NCBI GenBank assembly: GCA_029882995.1
Contig: JAOUJV010000002.1
Location: 7,330-71,329, forward strand
Reading direction: 5' to 3'
DNA: 64,000 nt
From: Gammaproteobacteria bacterium
GTDB taxonomy: Bacteria > Pseudomonadota > Gammaproteobacteria > DAOVJZ01
The position numbers and the translations under genes were made by a program. The notes under the pieces are model-generated. The model ran no database searches, was not told where the DNA came from, and was given only the letters and a program-made list of their open reading frames with translations. Positions 41,530-49,825 of the stretch are shown here, in pieces (positions within the stretch are counted from its first letter, which is position 1; each line of letters starts with the position of its first letter).

Positions 41530-41976
41530 TTAATGTTTGATTTTCACCAATTCCAGAATATTTTCATTTCCTTCAGGAGAGCTGAAGAAATCCACCTTAT
41601 CCATAATGGTTTCAATCATAGGGAGACCAAGCCCACCAGGCCTGACTTCATCAAGGTTACGTTTTTTGATTTTACTTACATCAAACGGGTTTCCATGATC
41701 AATTAATCTGAAAACCAGCTTGTTACTTTCTTCATATACCTGCAATGAAATTGAATTATTCACATCATTGTTATAGGCATGCTGTATAATGTTCATGCAA
41801 GCTTCGTTAACGGCAATCACCATATTTTCAGCCTGTTCATTATTACAGCCTGCATTCATGGAGGCATGCAAAACAACACAGCGCATCATGCTGAGTAATG
41901 CAGGGTCAGATGCCATTTCAAGCTCAATGATTTTTTTTGATTTAGCCATGAATGAGAGCCTTGCTCTTGCACCCAT
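41530..41976 (-). CDS. Anti-sigma regulatory factor-type Ser/Thr kinase (GHKL ATPase, RsbW/SpoIIAB-like).
   Basis: 'NEACMNIIQHAY' (N-box) and 'GGLGLPMI' (G-box) are HATPase_c motifs. The real start is probably the Met at 41949 or 41916. Confidence 0.7.
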   Translation of the reverse strand: MGARARLSFMAKSKKIIELEMASDPALLSMMRCVVLHASMNAGCNNEQAENMVIAVNEACMNIIQHAYNNDVNNSISLQVYEESNKLVFRLIDHGNPFDVSKIKKRNLDEVRPGGLGLPMIETIMDKVDFFSSPEGNENILELVKIKH

Positions 41977-43717
41977 CGATTAACAGAATGGTCAAATCGT
42001 CATGCATTATTTTTTCATATCGCTTCAATTCTGAAGTGACCATTTTTATGCGATCACCTCTCGGCAGAGATTTTATTTTGTTAAATAACGTAATCATTTC
42101 GTGAGTTGAGCTGCCGGGATCGGCTTTATCATATAATTCAGGTAATCCATCAGTATAAATAAACATGAACCCATCCTTGATATTGAAGGTCGTTGCAGAC
42201 AATCCAATATTAGGTAGAATCCCGAGAGGTGGGGCATCGGCCTCAATTTCATTCAAGGAATTATCTTTAATATAGATGACGGGTTGATGACCTGCATTGA
42301 CCAGCGTAACATCTCCAGTTTCAGGCGTGTAAATACCACCAACCATTGTGACAAACATGCCACGTGTGGACGTTTCAAACAGTTCTGCATTAATGATATT
42401 CATTAACTGAACCGGATCCTTTATGGTTTTTCCAAGACAATGGAAAAGACTGCTTGATTTCACCATTAACAAGGCGGCATTCATGCCTTTGCCAGAGACA
42501 TCGGCAAGGTTGAAGTAGATGCGCCCATCATCCAGTGTAAAGAAGTCATAAAAATCACCAGACACTTCCTTGGCTGATATATTCATACCGCATATACATG
42601 AATCAACACCATTTACATCAGGCAGCAGGCTTCGTTGAATCTCCCGTGCTAACTCAAGTTCCTTATGGAGTTCGGCAGACAGCTTGTCTCTTTCTTCAAG
42701 AGTTTTTTCCAGGCGCCATGTGAGCTCCTGATAACTGAGCGTTTCATCTGCAAGATGCTTGTTAGCCTCCCGCATGACATCTTCATATTTAATGGAGGAG
42801 GGAACATTCAATCCTAATGCCTTGGCTGCTTCTGATACCTCATCTGCAATACTGGATAACAAGCTATCACTGTCATCTTCCGAAATTTTAAAAATATTTT
42901 TTAGCAGTTTTTTACAGCTCTTTAACGTGTCAGCTTTTTCTTCAGCTGTGAATACGGCAGCGACCCAGTCTGCACACAACGCAATCTTGCAGTAAGCCAG
43001 ATCCTGAGGTTTCATGTTTTTATAATCGCCATGGTGATGATATGCCATGGCGGAGATGAGTTCTTGTGGCAACTCCCATGCACACCCGAGCATGAGTCCC
43101 GCTTTGTCATGTGTTATACCAAAATCTTTTTGTTCCAGCTTATAACGTTGTTCAGGATCGATCTTGCGATAAGCCTCCCACAAGTGACTTAATTCCGGTT
43201 GCGTATGAAAAACCGCTAGCATGCCGAAGTCCTGTAGTAATCCGATGGTGAAGCACTCATCGTGATCCAGTTTGGCTATTTTCCCAAGTGCACGTGCCGT
43301 AACAGCGCGCCTTAGTGCATCTTCCCAATATTCCTCAATTTTAAATCCATGGATATAATCATCCTTGAGTGCATCACGAACAGAAAGGCATAAGGCGAGA
43401 TTGCGCAGGGCACGTTGCCCAAGAATAGTCACTGCATGGTTAATTGTGCTGACTTCACGTGACAGGCCATAAAATGCAGAGTTGACCATACGCAAGAGTT
43501 CGGCAGTTATAACCGGATCGGAGCTAATAAGGGTCGCTAGCTGCTTACTCGTGACATTTTCATCCGAGCACGCCTGAACAATCCGTATCTCTGCCTGTGG
43601 AGGGGTAGGCAAATCGGTCGGTTTCAGATTCTCCAGTGCATGTTGTGTTTTAGCTACTGACATACCATTTATATCGTGGTTTATGACATATAAGGAGGTA
43701 TCGGTAGAAAATCCCAT
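41942..43717 (-). CDS. HDOD-domain plus PP2C/SpoIIE-type Ser phosphatase (RsbU-like).
   Basis: The central HDOD domain has an HD-like 'HHHGDY' motif. The C-terminal 230 aa are a SpoIIE/PP2C fold '...GDFYDFF...DVSGKG...GDRI...'. Confidence 0.65.
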   Translation of the reverse strand: MGFSTDTSLYVINHDINGMSVAKTQHALENLKPTDLPTPPQAEIRIVQACSDENVTSKQLATLISSDPVITAELLRMVNSAFYGLSREVSTINHAVTILGQRALRNLALCLSVRDALKDDYIHGFKIEEYWEDALRRAVTARALGKIAKLDHDECFTIGLLQDFGMLAVFHTQPELSHLWEAYRKIDPEQRYKLEQKDFGITHDKAGLMLGCAWELPQELISAMAYHHHGDYKNMKPQDLAYCKIALCADWVAAVFTAEEKADTLKSCKKLLKNIFKISEDDSDSLLSSIADEVSEAAKALGLNVPSSIKYEDVMREANKHLADETLSYQELTWRLEKTLEERDKLSAELHKELELAREIQRSLLPDVNGVDSCICGMNISAKEVSGDFYDFFTLDDGRIYFNLADVSGKGMNAALLMVKSSSLFHCLGKTIKDPVQLMNIINAELFETSTRGMFVTMVGGIYTPETGDVTLVNAGHQPVIYIKDNSLNEIEADAPPLGILPNIGLSATTFNIKDGFMFIYTDGLPELYDKADPGSSTHEMITLFNKIKSLPRGDRIKMVTSELKRYEKIMHDDLTILLIDGCKSKALIHG

Positions 43718-43926
43718 ATAATTAACAAGATGGAGGAGTATTTATGCATAAGCTAAGCTCTTTATGCTGAACAAAATGTAAACAATATAAAATAATAATA
43801 AAAACAGATAGTTATAGTTGGTTTCTATATTTCTTATGAGGAAGAGTAAATTCAAGGAGGATTCTGATTTGTCGATAATCTCGTTTAACAGAATTCAGAC
43901 AATAAAAGCCTAAAAAAGGACAATTA

Positions 43927-44538
43927 ATGAACATTTTTCGTACAATCCCTGCAGTTCTACTGCTTTTGCTTTATATCCCAACCTCAGCAGCTGTTTCACC
44001 GCCTGAGAAGGTCATTATTGATACTTCAGAGCGAATGCTGGAGATTATCCATAAGGAAGGAGATGCGCTACGTGAGAACAGAGAGCGGGTTTACAAAGTC
44101 ATTGATGAAGTCATAAATCCACACATCGATTTTAATCGCATGTCGCGCTGGGTATTGGGAAAACACTGGCGTAAGGCTACAGATGAACAAAAAACGCGTT
44201 TCACAAAAGAATTCCGGTTTTTGTTAATGCGCACCTATGCAACAGCAATAACTGAATATTCAGGTGAAAAAATTGAATATTTACCTGCTCGTTTTAAACC
44301 GGATGATACTGATATTACCGTTCGAACAGAATTAAGGCAGCCGGGTAACCCGAATCCAATCCCTGTGCATTACAGCCTGTACAAGGTGAATGGAGGATGG
44401 AAGGTATACGATATCGTGATTGAAGGCGTGAGTCTGATTGCTAATTATCGTTCGTCTTTTGCGACCCAGATTAAGCGCGGCAGTATTCAAAGCCTTATTG
44501 ATTCATTGGCGGAACATAATCTGAAACGAGCTGGCTAG
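43927..44538 (+). CDS. mlaC: Periplasmic phospholipid-binding protein MlaC (Ttg2D/toluene-tolerance family).
   Basis: Signal peptide, then 'IDEVINPHIDFNRMSRWVLGKHWRKATDEQKTRFTKEF' is the MlaC signature. Confidence 0.8.
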   Translation: MNIFRTIPAVLLLLLYIPTSAAVSPPEKVIIDTSERMLEIIHKEGDALRENRERVYKVIDEVINPHIDFNRMSRWVLGKHWRKATDEQKTRFTKEFRFLLMRTYATAITEYSGEKIEYLPARFKPDDTDITVRTELRQPGNPNPIPVHYSLYKVNGGWKVYDIVIEGVSLIANYRSSFATQIKRGSIQSLIDSLAEHNLKRAG

Positions 44539-44576
44539 AGCATTAAAACTCTGAGGAACGTGGAGCAGGAATGATA

Positions 44577-44662
44577 AATGGCTCCCCGGGACGGGCTTAT
44601 TGGGTAACCGTGAGCTCAATATTGGGCTTCCAGAGCGTTGGCAGAGGCAAAGTGGTTCATAG
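44577..44662 (+). repeat. Direct repeat copy 1. It begins with an 18-19 nt copy of the tRNA-Asn 3' end (attL/attR-like).
   Basis: 'tggctccccgggacgggct' equals the complement of the 3' end of the tRNA-Asn at 47713-47731. The following 'tattgggtaaccgtgagctcaatattgggcttccagagcgttggcagaggcaaagtggttcatag' is about 90% identical to copy 2. Confidence 0.75.
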
Positions 44663-44842
44663 CGAAGGAATAGTACTCATTAATTCGTGGCGCTTAGTCT
44701 GCTTTCGCCCCACAGTAATAAATCATTCATTGAATATAACCTGAGCAACATCGTATTATAACCCTATGTTTTGTTTACCCACCCCATTTAGAGGATTATT
44801 TACAGTTCTTTGTTAGTTAATTTACCGGTATTATTCAAATAG

Positions 44843-46024
44843 ATGACGATAGAGCGTGGAGAGTTCGATGCGATAACGATCGCCGACTTAGAAGAGTTGG
44901 TTGCTGCTCAGGTGCCAGAAGGTTTACGGCTCGAGTATAAAAGGGAATTATACGGAAATAGCGACAGTGATAAACGTGAGTTTTTGAAAGATGTAACAGC
45001 GCTTGCTAATTCGAATGGCGGGCATCTCATATTGGGAATTGAAGAAAGTGGTGGAGGAGCTGCTCAGATTACTGGAGTAGAGTGCTCAGACACAGATGCG
45101 GAAATACTCCGTATGGAACAGATGTTACGTGGCGGTGTTGAACCAATAATATCAGGGGTCAGAATAAAAGCCATTTCAGTGGAGCAAAATCGAAATGTTT
45201 TCATATTAAGACTTCCGAAAAGCTGGCATCCTCCTCATCGAGTTGTTGCAAAAGGCTCGAACCGATTTTATATGCGTCACTCCGCTGGGGTACATGAACC
45301 AAATGTTGAGGAATTACGAGCGTTGTTTAATCAATCTGCAACAGCATTGGAGCAGGCGCGCCTCTTCAGGGATGAGAGAATAGCCATTGCTTGTTCTGGT
45401 GAAGGTGATCATCCACTCGTTGGTAATGGCCGTCTGTTTCTTCACATCTTTCCAACGGCAGCATCTTCTGGGATGGTGAACCTCAATATAGAAGAAGCTT
45501 ATGAAAAACACCTATCATTTCGTCCTATAGGTGCGACTGGTATGACTCCAAGATATAATTATCATGGTTTCATAAACGAAAGGGGTGGTGATCATAACCA
45601 CGGGTATACTCAGATATTCCGAAATGGCTGTTTGGAGGCAGCGATGGGTAATATTGTAAGAGAGCATGAAGGAAATCGTGGTATACCTGGTCTTAGTATT
45701 GAACGGTATATTTTTCAATGTTTATCACTGTATATAAATGGATTACGTGATTTAGGGGTTTCACCTCCGTTGATTTTGATGTTTACTTTCGAAAGTGTAG
45801 GTGGCGTAATTTATCATGTTAGCAGGAATGAATGGGGAGACTACGAGCCACCTTTACCAGAAGGGATTATGCATCTACCAGAGGTCTTCCTAGAGGACTA
45901 TGGAGATGATGTGGATTATCATCGGGTAGTTCGTCCAGCTTTTGATGCTTTATGGAATGCTATTGGTTATTCACGTTCACAGTTTTTTAATGAGGAGGGA
46001 ATGTGGATAGGTGAACGAAGGTGA
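44843..46024 (+). CDS. AlbA_2 (Schlafen-like putative DNA-binding) domain protein with an uncharacterised C-terminal domain. GC-rich islet cargo.
   Basis: The N-terminus '...ELVAAQVPEGLRLEYKRELYGNSDSDKREFLKDVTALANSNGGHLILGIEE' is an AlbA_2 motif. Its composition is visibly more GC-rich than the neighbouring genes. Confidence 0.55.
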   Translation: MTIERGEFDAITIADLEELVAAQVPEGLRLEYKRELYGNSDSDKREFLKDVTALANSNGGHLILGIEESGGGAAQITGVECSDTDAEILRMEQMLRGGVEPIISGVRIKAISVEQNRNVFILRLPKSWHPPHRVVAKGSNRFYMRHSAGVHEPNVEELRALFNQSATALEQARLFRDERIAIACSGEGDHPLVGNGRLFLHIFPTAASSGMVNLNIEEAYEKHLSFRPIGATGMTPRYNYHGFINERGGDHNHGYTQIFRNGCLEAAMGNIVREHEGNRGIPGLSIERYIFQCLSLYINGLRDLGVSPPLILMFTFESVGGVIYHVSRNEWGDYEPPLPEGIMHLPEVFLEDYGDDVDYHRVVRPAFDALWNAIGYSRSQFFNEEGMWIGERR

Positions 46025-46281
46025 GGTAATATTTTTGTAAATTACTTTATCGTGAGGCTTTTCTTTTTTATTCAAAATATCTTGGTGTAAATATCAATAT
46101 GGAAAAAAAAAGAAATAGAATATATGCCGTTTCGTATGAAGAGTACTATAGTGATATCACTTCCAGAACATTTGAGGGAAAAAAAGCCAGCTGAGTAACA
46201 AATATGCTAAATGGTACCCAGTGCGGGAAAATGGTGTATCGGGGCGATTTAAAAATAACTTTAAAATCATCAGTTATATTG

Positions 46282-46367
46282 AATGGCCCCCCAAGGCCGG
46301 CTTACTGGGTAACCGTGAGCTCAATATTGAGCTTCCAGTGCGTTGGTAGAGGCAAAGTGGTTCATAG
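46282..46367 (+). repeat. Direct repeat copy 2 (degenerate tRNA-Asn 3'-end core plus a conserved arm).
   Basis: 'aatggccccccaaggccggcttactgggtaaccgtgagctcaatattgagcttccagtgcgttggtagaggcaaagtggttcatag' aligns with copy 1 over about 85 nt. Confidence 0.7.
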
Positions 46368-46430
46368 TACGGAATTGCGCTAACCGAGATAACTTTACTG
46401 GGAATTAATTATTTACATAAGCAAGAGTAT

Positions 46431-47285
46431 TTATTGATCTGCTACAAATACTTTCATGGTACTCAGAGAAATGTCAATATTTGCTCTGCTTGCTGCACCA
46501 TCAAGGTCAGGGAATAATGAAGCTGAATGAATATTCATTGATTCCAGACTGGAAATCACTTTGTATGCTTGGTGACCCGGTATAATAATTTTTATGAGGT
46601 ATTCTTGTCTTTGTCGACTAGTCAGATAGGATTCAAGATCAAAAAATTCTTCATGATATAGTTTTGTAAACAACCCTTGTTGAGCGCGTTGTCTGTAAAA
46701 CCCATCTTTTCTGGTTCGAATAACCTCAAACTCATTAGGTATTTCTAGTTTATTTGTATATTTATTGGTGATGTATTCATCTAATTTAAGACCCCATATT
46801 ATAATTGGGTCATGTTCTAAACTCATATCACCTAAATGATCACCCGTAAGGAATCCTCTGTTACATCGTTCGATATGATCAATAAAAGCAAAATAGGAGG
46901 CAATATATGGGCTTCTTGTCCAATCTAGTAAGGGAGTAATCAAGCCATGATGCCTTCCCAGAACCCACCAATCATCATTAGAAAACGCATCCGTATTTAA
47001 GTTAGGTATTCCTATGGCCAAATTTTTAAATGTTGATAAATATTTTTCTAAGACTGCGTGTTGTGCGCCATCAGAAAACATGTCGCATAATTTTCTGTCA
47101 GTATTATCCTTCCTCATACTTTCCAGAATTCTTTCCCACTTTGATGAGAGCTTATATGATGACTTTGAATGCCCTCTGAATATGAATTCACCAAGCAACG
47201 TTTCTTTACCAATTTGCTTGATTATGCGATGAAAGTCTTCCCACTTATTACATGTATATTCTTTTATCATATTGTTATTACACAC
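46431..47285 (-). CDS. FRG-domain protein.
   Basis: 'GEFIFRGHSKSSYKLSSKWER' is the eponymous F-R-G motif in an N-terminal domain. 284 aa, AT-rich. Confidence 0.5.
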   Translation of the reverse strand: MCNNNMIKEYTCNKWEDFHRIIKQIGKETLLGEFIFRGHSKSSYKLSSKWERILESMRKDNTDRKLCDMFSDGAQHAVLEKYLSTFKNLAIGIPNLNTDAFSNDDWWVLGRHHGLITPLLDWTRSPYIASYFAFIDHIERCNRGFLTGDHLGDMSLEHDPIIIWGLKLDEYITNKYTNKLEIPNEFEVIRTRKDGFYRQRAQQGLFTKLYHEEFFDLESYLTSRQRQEYLIKIIIPGHQAYKVISSLESMNIHSASLFPDLDGAASRANIDISLSTMKVFVADQ

Positions 47286-47304
47286 ATACTTTTCTCATTT
47301 ACTG

Positions 47305-47487
47305 TTATTGTTTTCTCTTCATTTTAATAAACTCTTGTATAGCATCACCAAAAAACGTATTGAATGCTGCACCTGATATTACAAGCTGATATCCTTCAGG
47401 AATATTATCAGTAACAGATGTGATTCCCATTTTCTGAAGAGAAGGTGGTATAGGGTGTTTTTTCTTACTACCATTATTTTTATTCAT
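47305..47487 (-). CDS. Small hypothetical protein (60 aa), co-oriented with and 19 bp upstream of the FRG gene.
   Basis: An ORF with a basic N-terminus 'MNKNNGSKKKHPIPP'. No recognisable motif. Its existence is uncertain. Confidence 0.3.
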   Translation of the reverse strand: MNKNNGSKKKHPIPPSLQKMGITSVTDNIPEGYQLVISGAAFNTFFGDAIQEFIKMKRKQ

Positions 47488-47590
47488 TTTAAATTCCTTT
47501 GCATAAAAGTTAGATAATTAACTTGTTACAACAAGAAGAATACGAAGTTAACAGTAATGAGCTTATTTTTGGTTCATAGTAAAGACGTTA

Positions 47591-47615
47591 TGGTACCCCA
47601 AGAGGGTCTCGAACC
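47591..47615 (-). other. Orphan tRNA 3'-end fragment (T-arm plus acceptor 3' strand plus CCA). Probably a relic att site.
   Basis: The reverse complement is 'GGTTCGAGACCCTCTTGGGGTACCA'. That is a T-loop 'TTCGAGA', stem and acceptor stem with CCA, but no upstream D or anticodon arm. Confidence 0.5.
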
Positions 47616-47712
47616 ATTGTATTAAAAATAATTGCTTTAAAATTAGACAAATATGAGCGTCTGGCTAAAAAAGGTTTTTGAGGAAGGTAGGTAAGCCATT
47701 GATTTTATTAAA

Positions 47713-47788
47713 TGGCTCCCCGGGACGGGCTCGAACCGCCGACCTAGTGATTAACAGTCACCCGCTCTACCGACTGAGCTACCGGGGA
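47713..47788 (-). tRNA. tRNA-Asn (anticodon GUU).
   Basis: The reverse complement folds as a cloverleaf: acceptor TCCCCGG/CCGGGGA, D-arm GCTC-AGTCGGT-AGAGC, anticodon loop CTGTTAA, T-arm GGCGG-TTCGAGC-CCGTC, discriminator G, CCA. 76 nt. Confidence 0.9.
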
Positions 47789-47870
47789 ATAAAATTGCAG
47801 GCGCAGATAGTACTGATGCGACGGGTTCGGGTCAAGCCAATTTGTTGAAAAAGCCGGAAAATTCGCACAT

Positions 47871-48467
47871 TTACGTACAATCCAGTGGATTACTTGCTGT
47901 TCCAGTATAGGTAAGGCGAGGTCTTCCGGTCCGGTAATAGATAATTCCTCTTTTTTTCGCATGCTCTGTTAGATCACAGAAAGTGAATCTGCCATTGGTA
48001 TCGGTGAAGCCGGTTGGCTCATAAAACATATAGTGATTTGAATTTCTGCCACCTCTGCGTAGTTTTATCGTTGTATTGCCTTCTAGTTTTTGCTGGATTC
48101 GTATTAGAGTTTCATTTGGATCCAGAACATGATCATGGTTAAGGTCAGTAAACATGATCCAGCCGTTATGCCAGTCATTGGTCGTTCCACAAGTGATTCC
48201 ATCCGTACTTTGACATAAAGTAATGCGCTGATTGCGTTTTACCGCTTCACTGCGAGCCAGATGCAAACTGGTAACTAACGTGTTTACCTGTGTCGTCATC
48301 CGGTTGTTTTGCACCATACCTTGCATGGCCGGTATGGCGGTGGTCGTCACAATCGAGGCGACCGCCAATGCGGTGATCATTTCCGGCAGGGTGAAACCGG
48401 ATAGAAAGTATGAAGATGTGCGCCGCCGTCCCTGGCGAGCAATGTGTTCCATCGTTTTCCTCCACAA
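47871..48467 (-). CDS. Type IV pilus minor pilin / T2SS pseudopilin-like protein (FimT/GspH family) with a prepilin N-terminal cleavage/methylation motif.
   Basis: '...YFLSG|FTLPEMITALAVASIVTTTAI' is a class III signal (G/F cleavage site, Glu+5). A GspH/FimT-like beta-rich C-terminus with Cys residues. Confidence 0.6.
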   Translation of the reverse strand: MWRKTMEHIARQGRRRTSSYFLSGFTLPEMITALAVASIVTTTAIPAMQGMVQNNRMTTQVNTLVTSLHLARSEAVKRNQRITLCQSTDGITCGTTNDWHNGWIMFTDLNHDHVLDPNETLIRIQQKLEGNTTIKLRRGGRNSNHYMFYEPTGFTDTNGRFTFCDLTEHAKKRGIIYYRTGRPRLTYTGTASNPLDCT

Positions 48468-48562
48468 TCCGTGTGTCGGTTATAAACGCTGAGCAGGATA
48501 TATTTCCCCAAACGCATAATAAAGGGGGAACGATTGGAAAGTGTGTAGGGATTTTCTGTTAC

Positions 48563-49759
48563 TTATTGAAGAAAATCTTGCAGACGTTGTAAGGCCGCGT
48601 GTAGATTTTCTGTACTGGTAGCATAAGACAGGCGTAAATGGCCAGGTGCACCAAATGCGGAACCGGGAACAAGTGCAACACCGGCATGCTCAATCAATGC
48701 CTCTGCCAATGCCACGTCATCATTGATGCCGGCACGTTTTTCAATCACTGTCTGAAAATCAGGGAAGGCATAAAAAGTCCCGTCAGACTTCAGGCAAGTG
48801 ACACCTTCGATTTTGTTTAATTCACCAACAACCAGATCATGGCGTTCTTTAAAAACCTTGGTTGCTTCCTTCATAAAGGATTGATCACCATTCAATGCGG
48901 CCACCGAAGCGGCTTGTGAAATTGAGGCAGGATTAGAAGTGCTTTGCGACTGGATCTTTTTCATGGCACCGATCAAATCGGCTGGTCCAGCCGCATAACC
49001 GATACGCCAGCCAGTCATCGAGTAGGCCTTTGAAACACCATTCAATACAATGCCGCGTTCGTATAGTTCAGGACATACGTTGATAATATTGCTGAATGAA
49101 TCCTGTGACCACAGGATGTGCTCGTATATGTCATCAGTCACAACCAGCACATGAGGGTGCTTCAGTAACACCTCACCCAGTTGTTTCATTTCTTCGTTGG
49201 TATAGGCGACACCGGTCGGATTGGATGGACTATTCAGTACCACGAAGCGGGTTTTTGCGGTGATAGCCGCATCCAGTTGTTCCGGTGTGATCTTGAAGCC
49301 CTGTTTCATGTCTGCTGAAATGATGACCGGTTTGGCATCAGCCAGTAACACCATGTCCGGATAGGAAACCCAATAAGGAGCAGGGATAATGACTTCATCG
49401 CCCGGATTCAATAAGGCCTGAGCCAGATTATAAAATCCCTGTTTGCCACCAGCGGTAACCAGTATTTGCTTCGAGTCATATTTTAATGCGTTTTCACGGG
49501 CAAATTTGTCGACAATTGCCTGTTTCAGTTCAGGCGTTCCGTCAACGGCGGTATATTTGGTCTGGCCGTCATTAATAGCCTGAATGGCTGCCGCCTTGAT
49601 ATGATCTGGTGTATCGAAGTCCGGCTCACCGGCGCCCAGTCCAATAACATCCTTACCAGCAGCGCGTAATTCCCGAGCCCGGGCAGTAACAGCTAATGTT
49701 GGTGAGGGTTTTACGCGCTGAACGCGGTTGGAAAGTTCAATTTTCAATGTGTTTGCCAA
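48563..49759 (-). CDS. Class I (subgroup Ib-like) aspartate/aromatic aminotransferase.
   Basis: '[13 protein letters not shown]' and '[17 protein letters not shown]' are PLP-lysine region motifs. The start is placed at the TTG at 49759 because the ATG at 49813 would leave only 12 bp to the divergent uvrB start. Confidence 0.8.
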   Translation of the reverse strand: MANTLKIELSNRVQRVKPSPTLAVTARARELRAAGKDVIGLGAGEPDFDTPDHIKAAAIQAINDGQTKYTAVDGTPELKQAIVDKFARENALKYDSKQILVTAGGKQGFYNLAQALLNPGDEVIIPAPYWVSYPDMVLLADAKPVIISADMKQGFKITPEQLDAAITAKTRFVVLNSPSNPTGVAYTNEEMKQLGEVLLKHPHVLVVTDDIYEHILWSQDSFSNIINVCPELYERGIVLNGVSKAYSMTGWRIGYAAGPADLIGAMKKIQSQSTSNPASISQAASVAALNGDQSFMKEATKVFKERHDLVVGELNKIEGVTCLKSDGTFYAFPDFQTVIEKRAGINDDVALAEALIEHAGVALVPGSAFGAPGHLRLSYATSTENLHAALQRLQDFLQ

Positions 49760-49825
49760 AATAACAATTTCAGAACGCCTTTGTGTAACGTAATATACTT
49801 GATTCGATGGCATATCAGAATAGTT

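Noticed and set aside
44577-44662. Considered whether the 85-nt repeat copies (44577-44662 and 46282-46367) are themselves tRNA or tmRNA genes or a small RNA.
   Set aside because: Only the last 18-19 nt match the tRNA-Asn 3' end. The remainder cannot be folded into D, anticodon or T arms on either strand, and copy 2 has a degenerate acceptor. Interpreted as att-type direct repeats instead.
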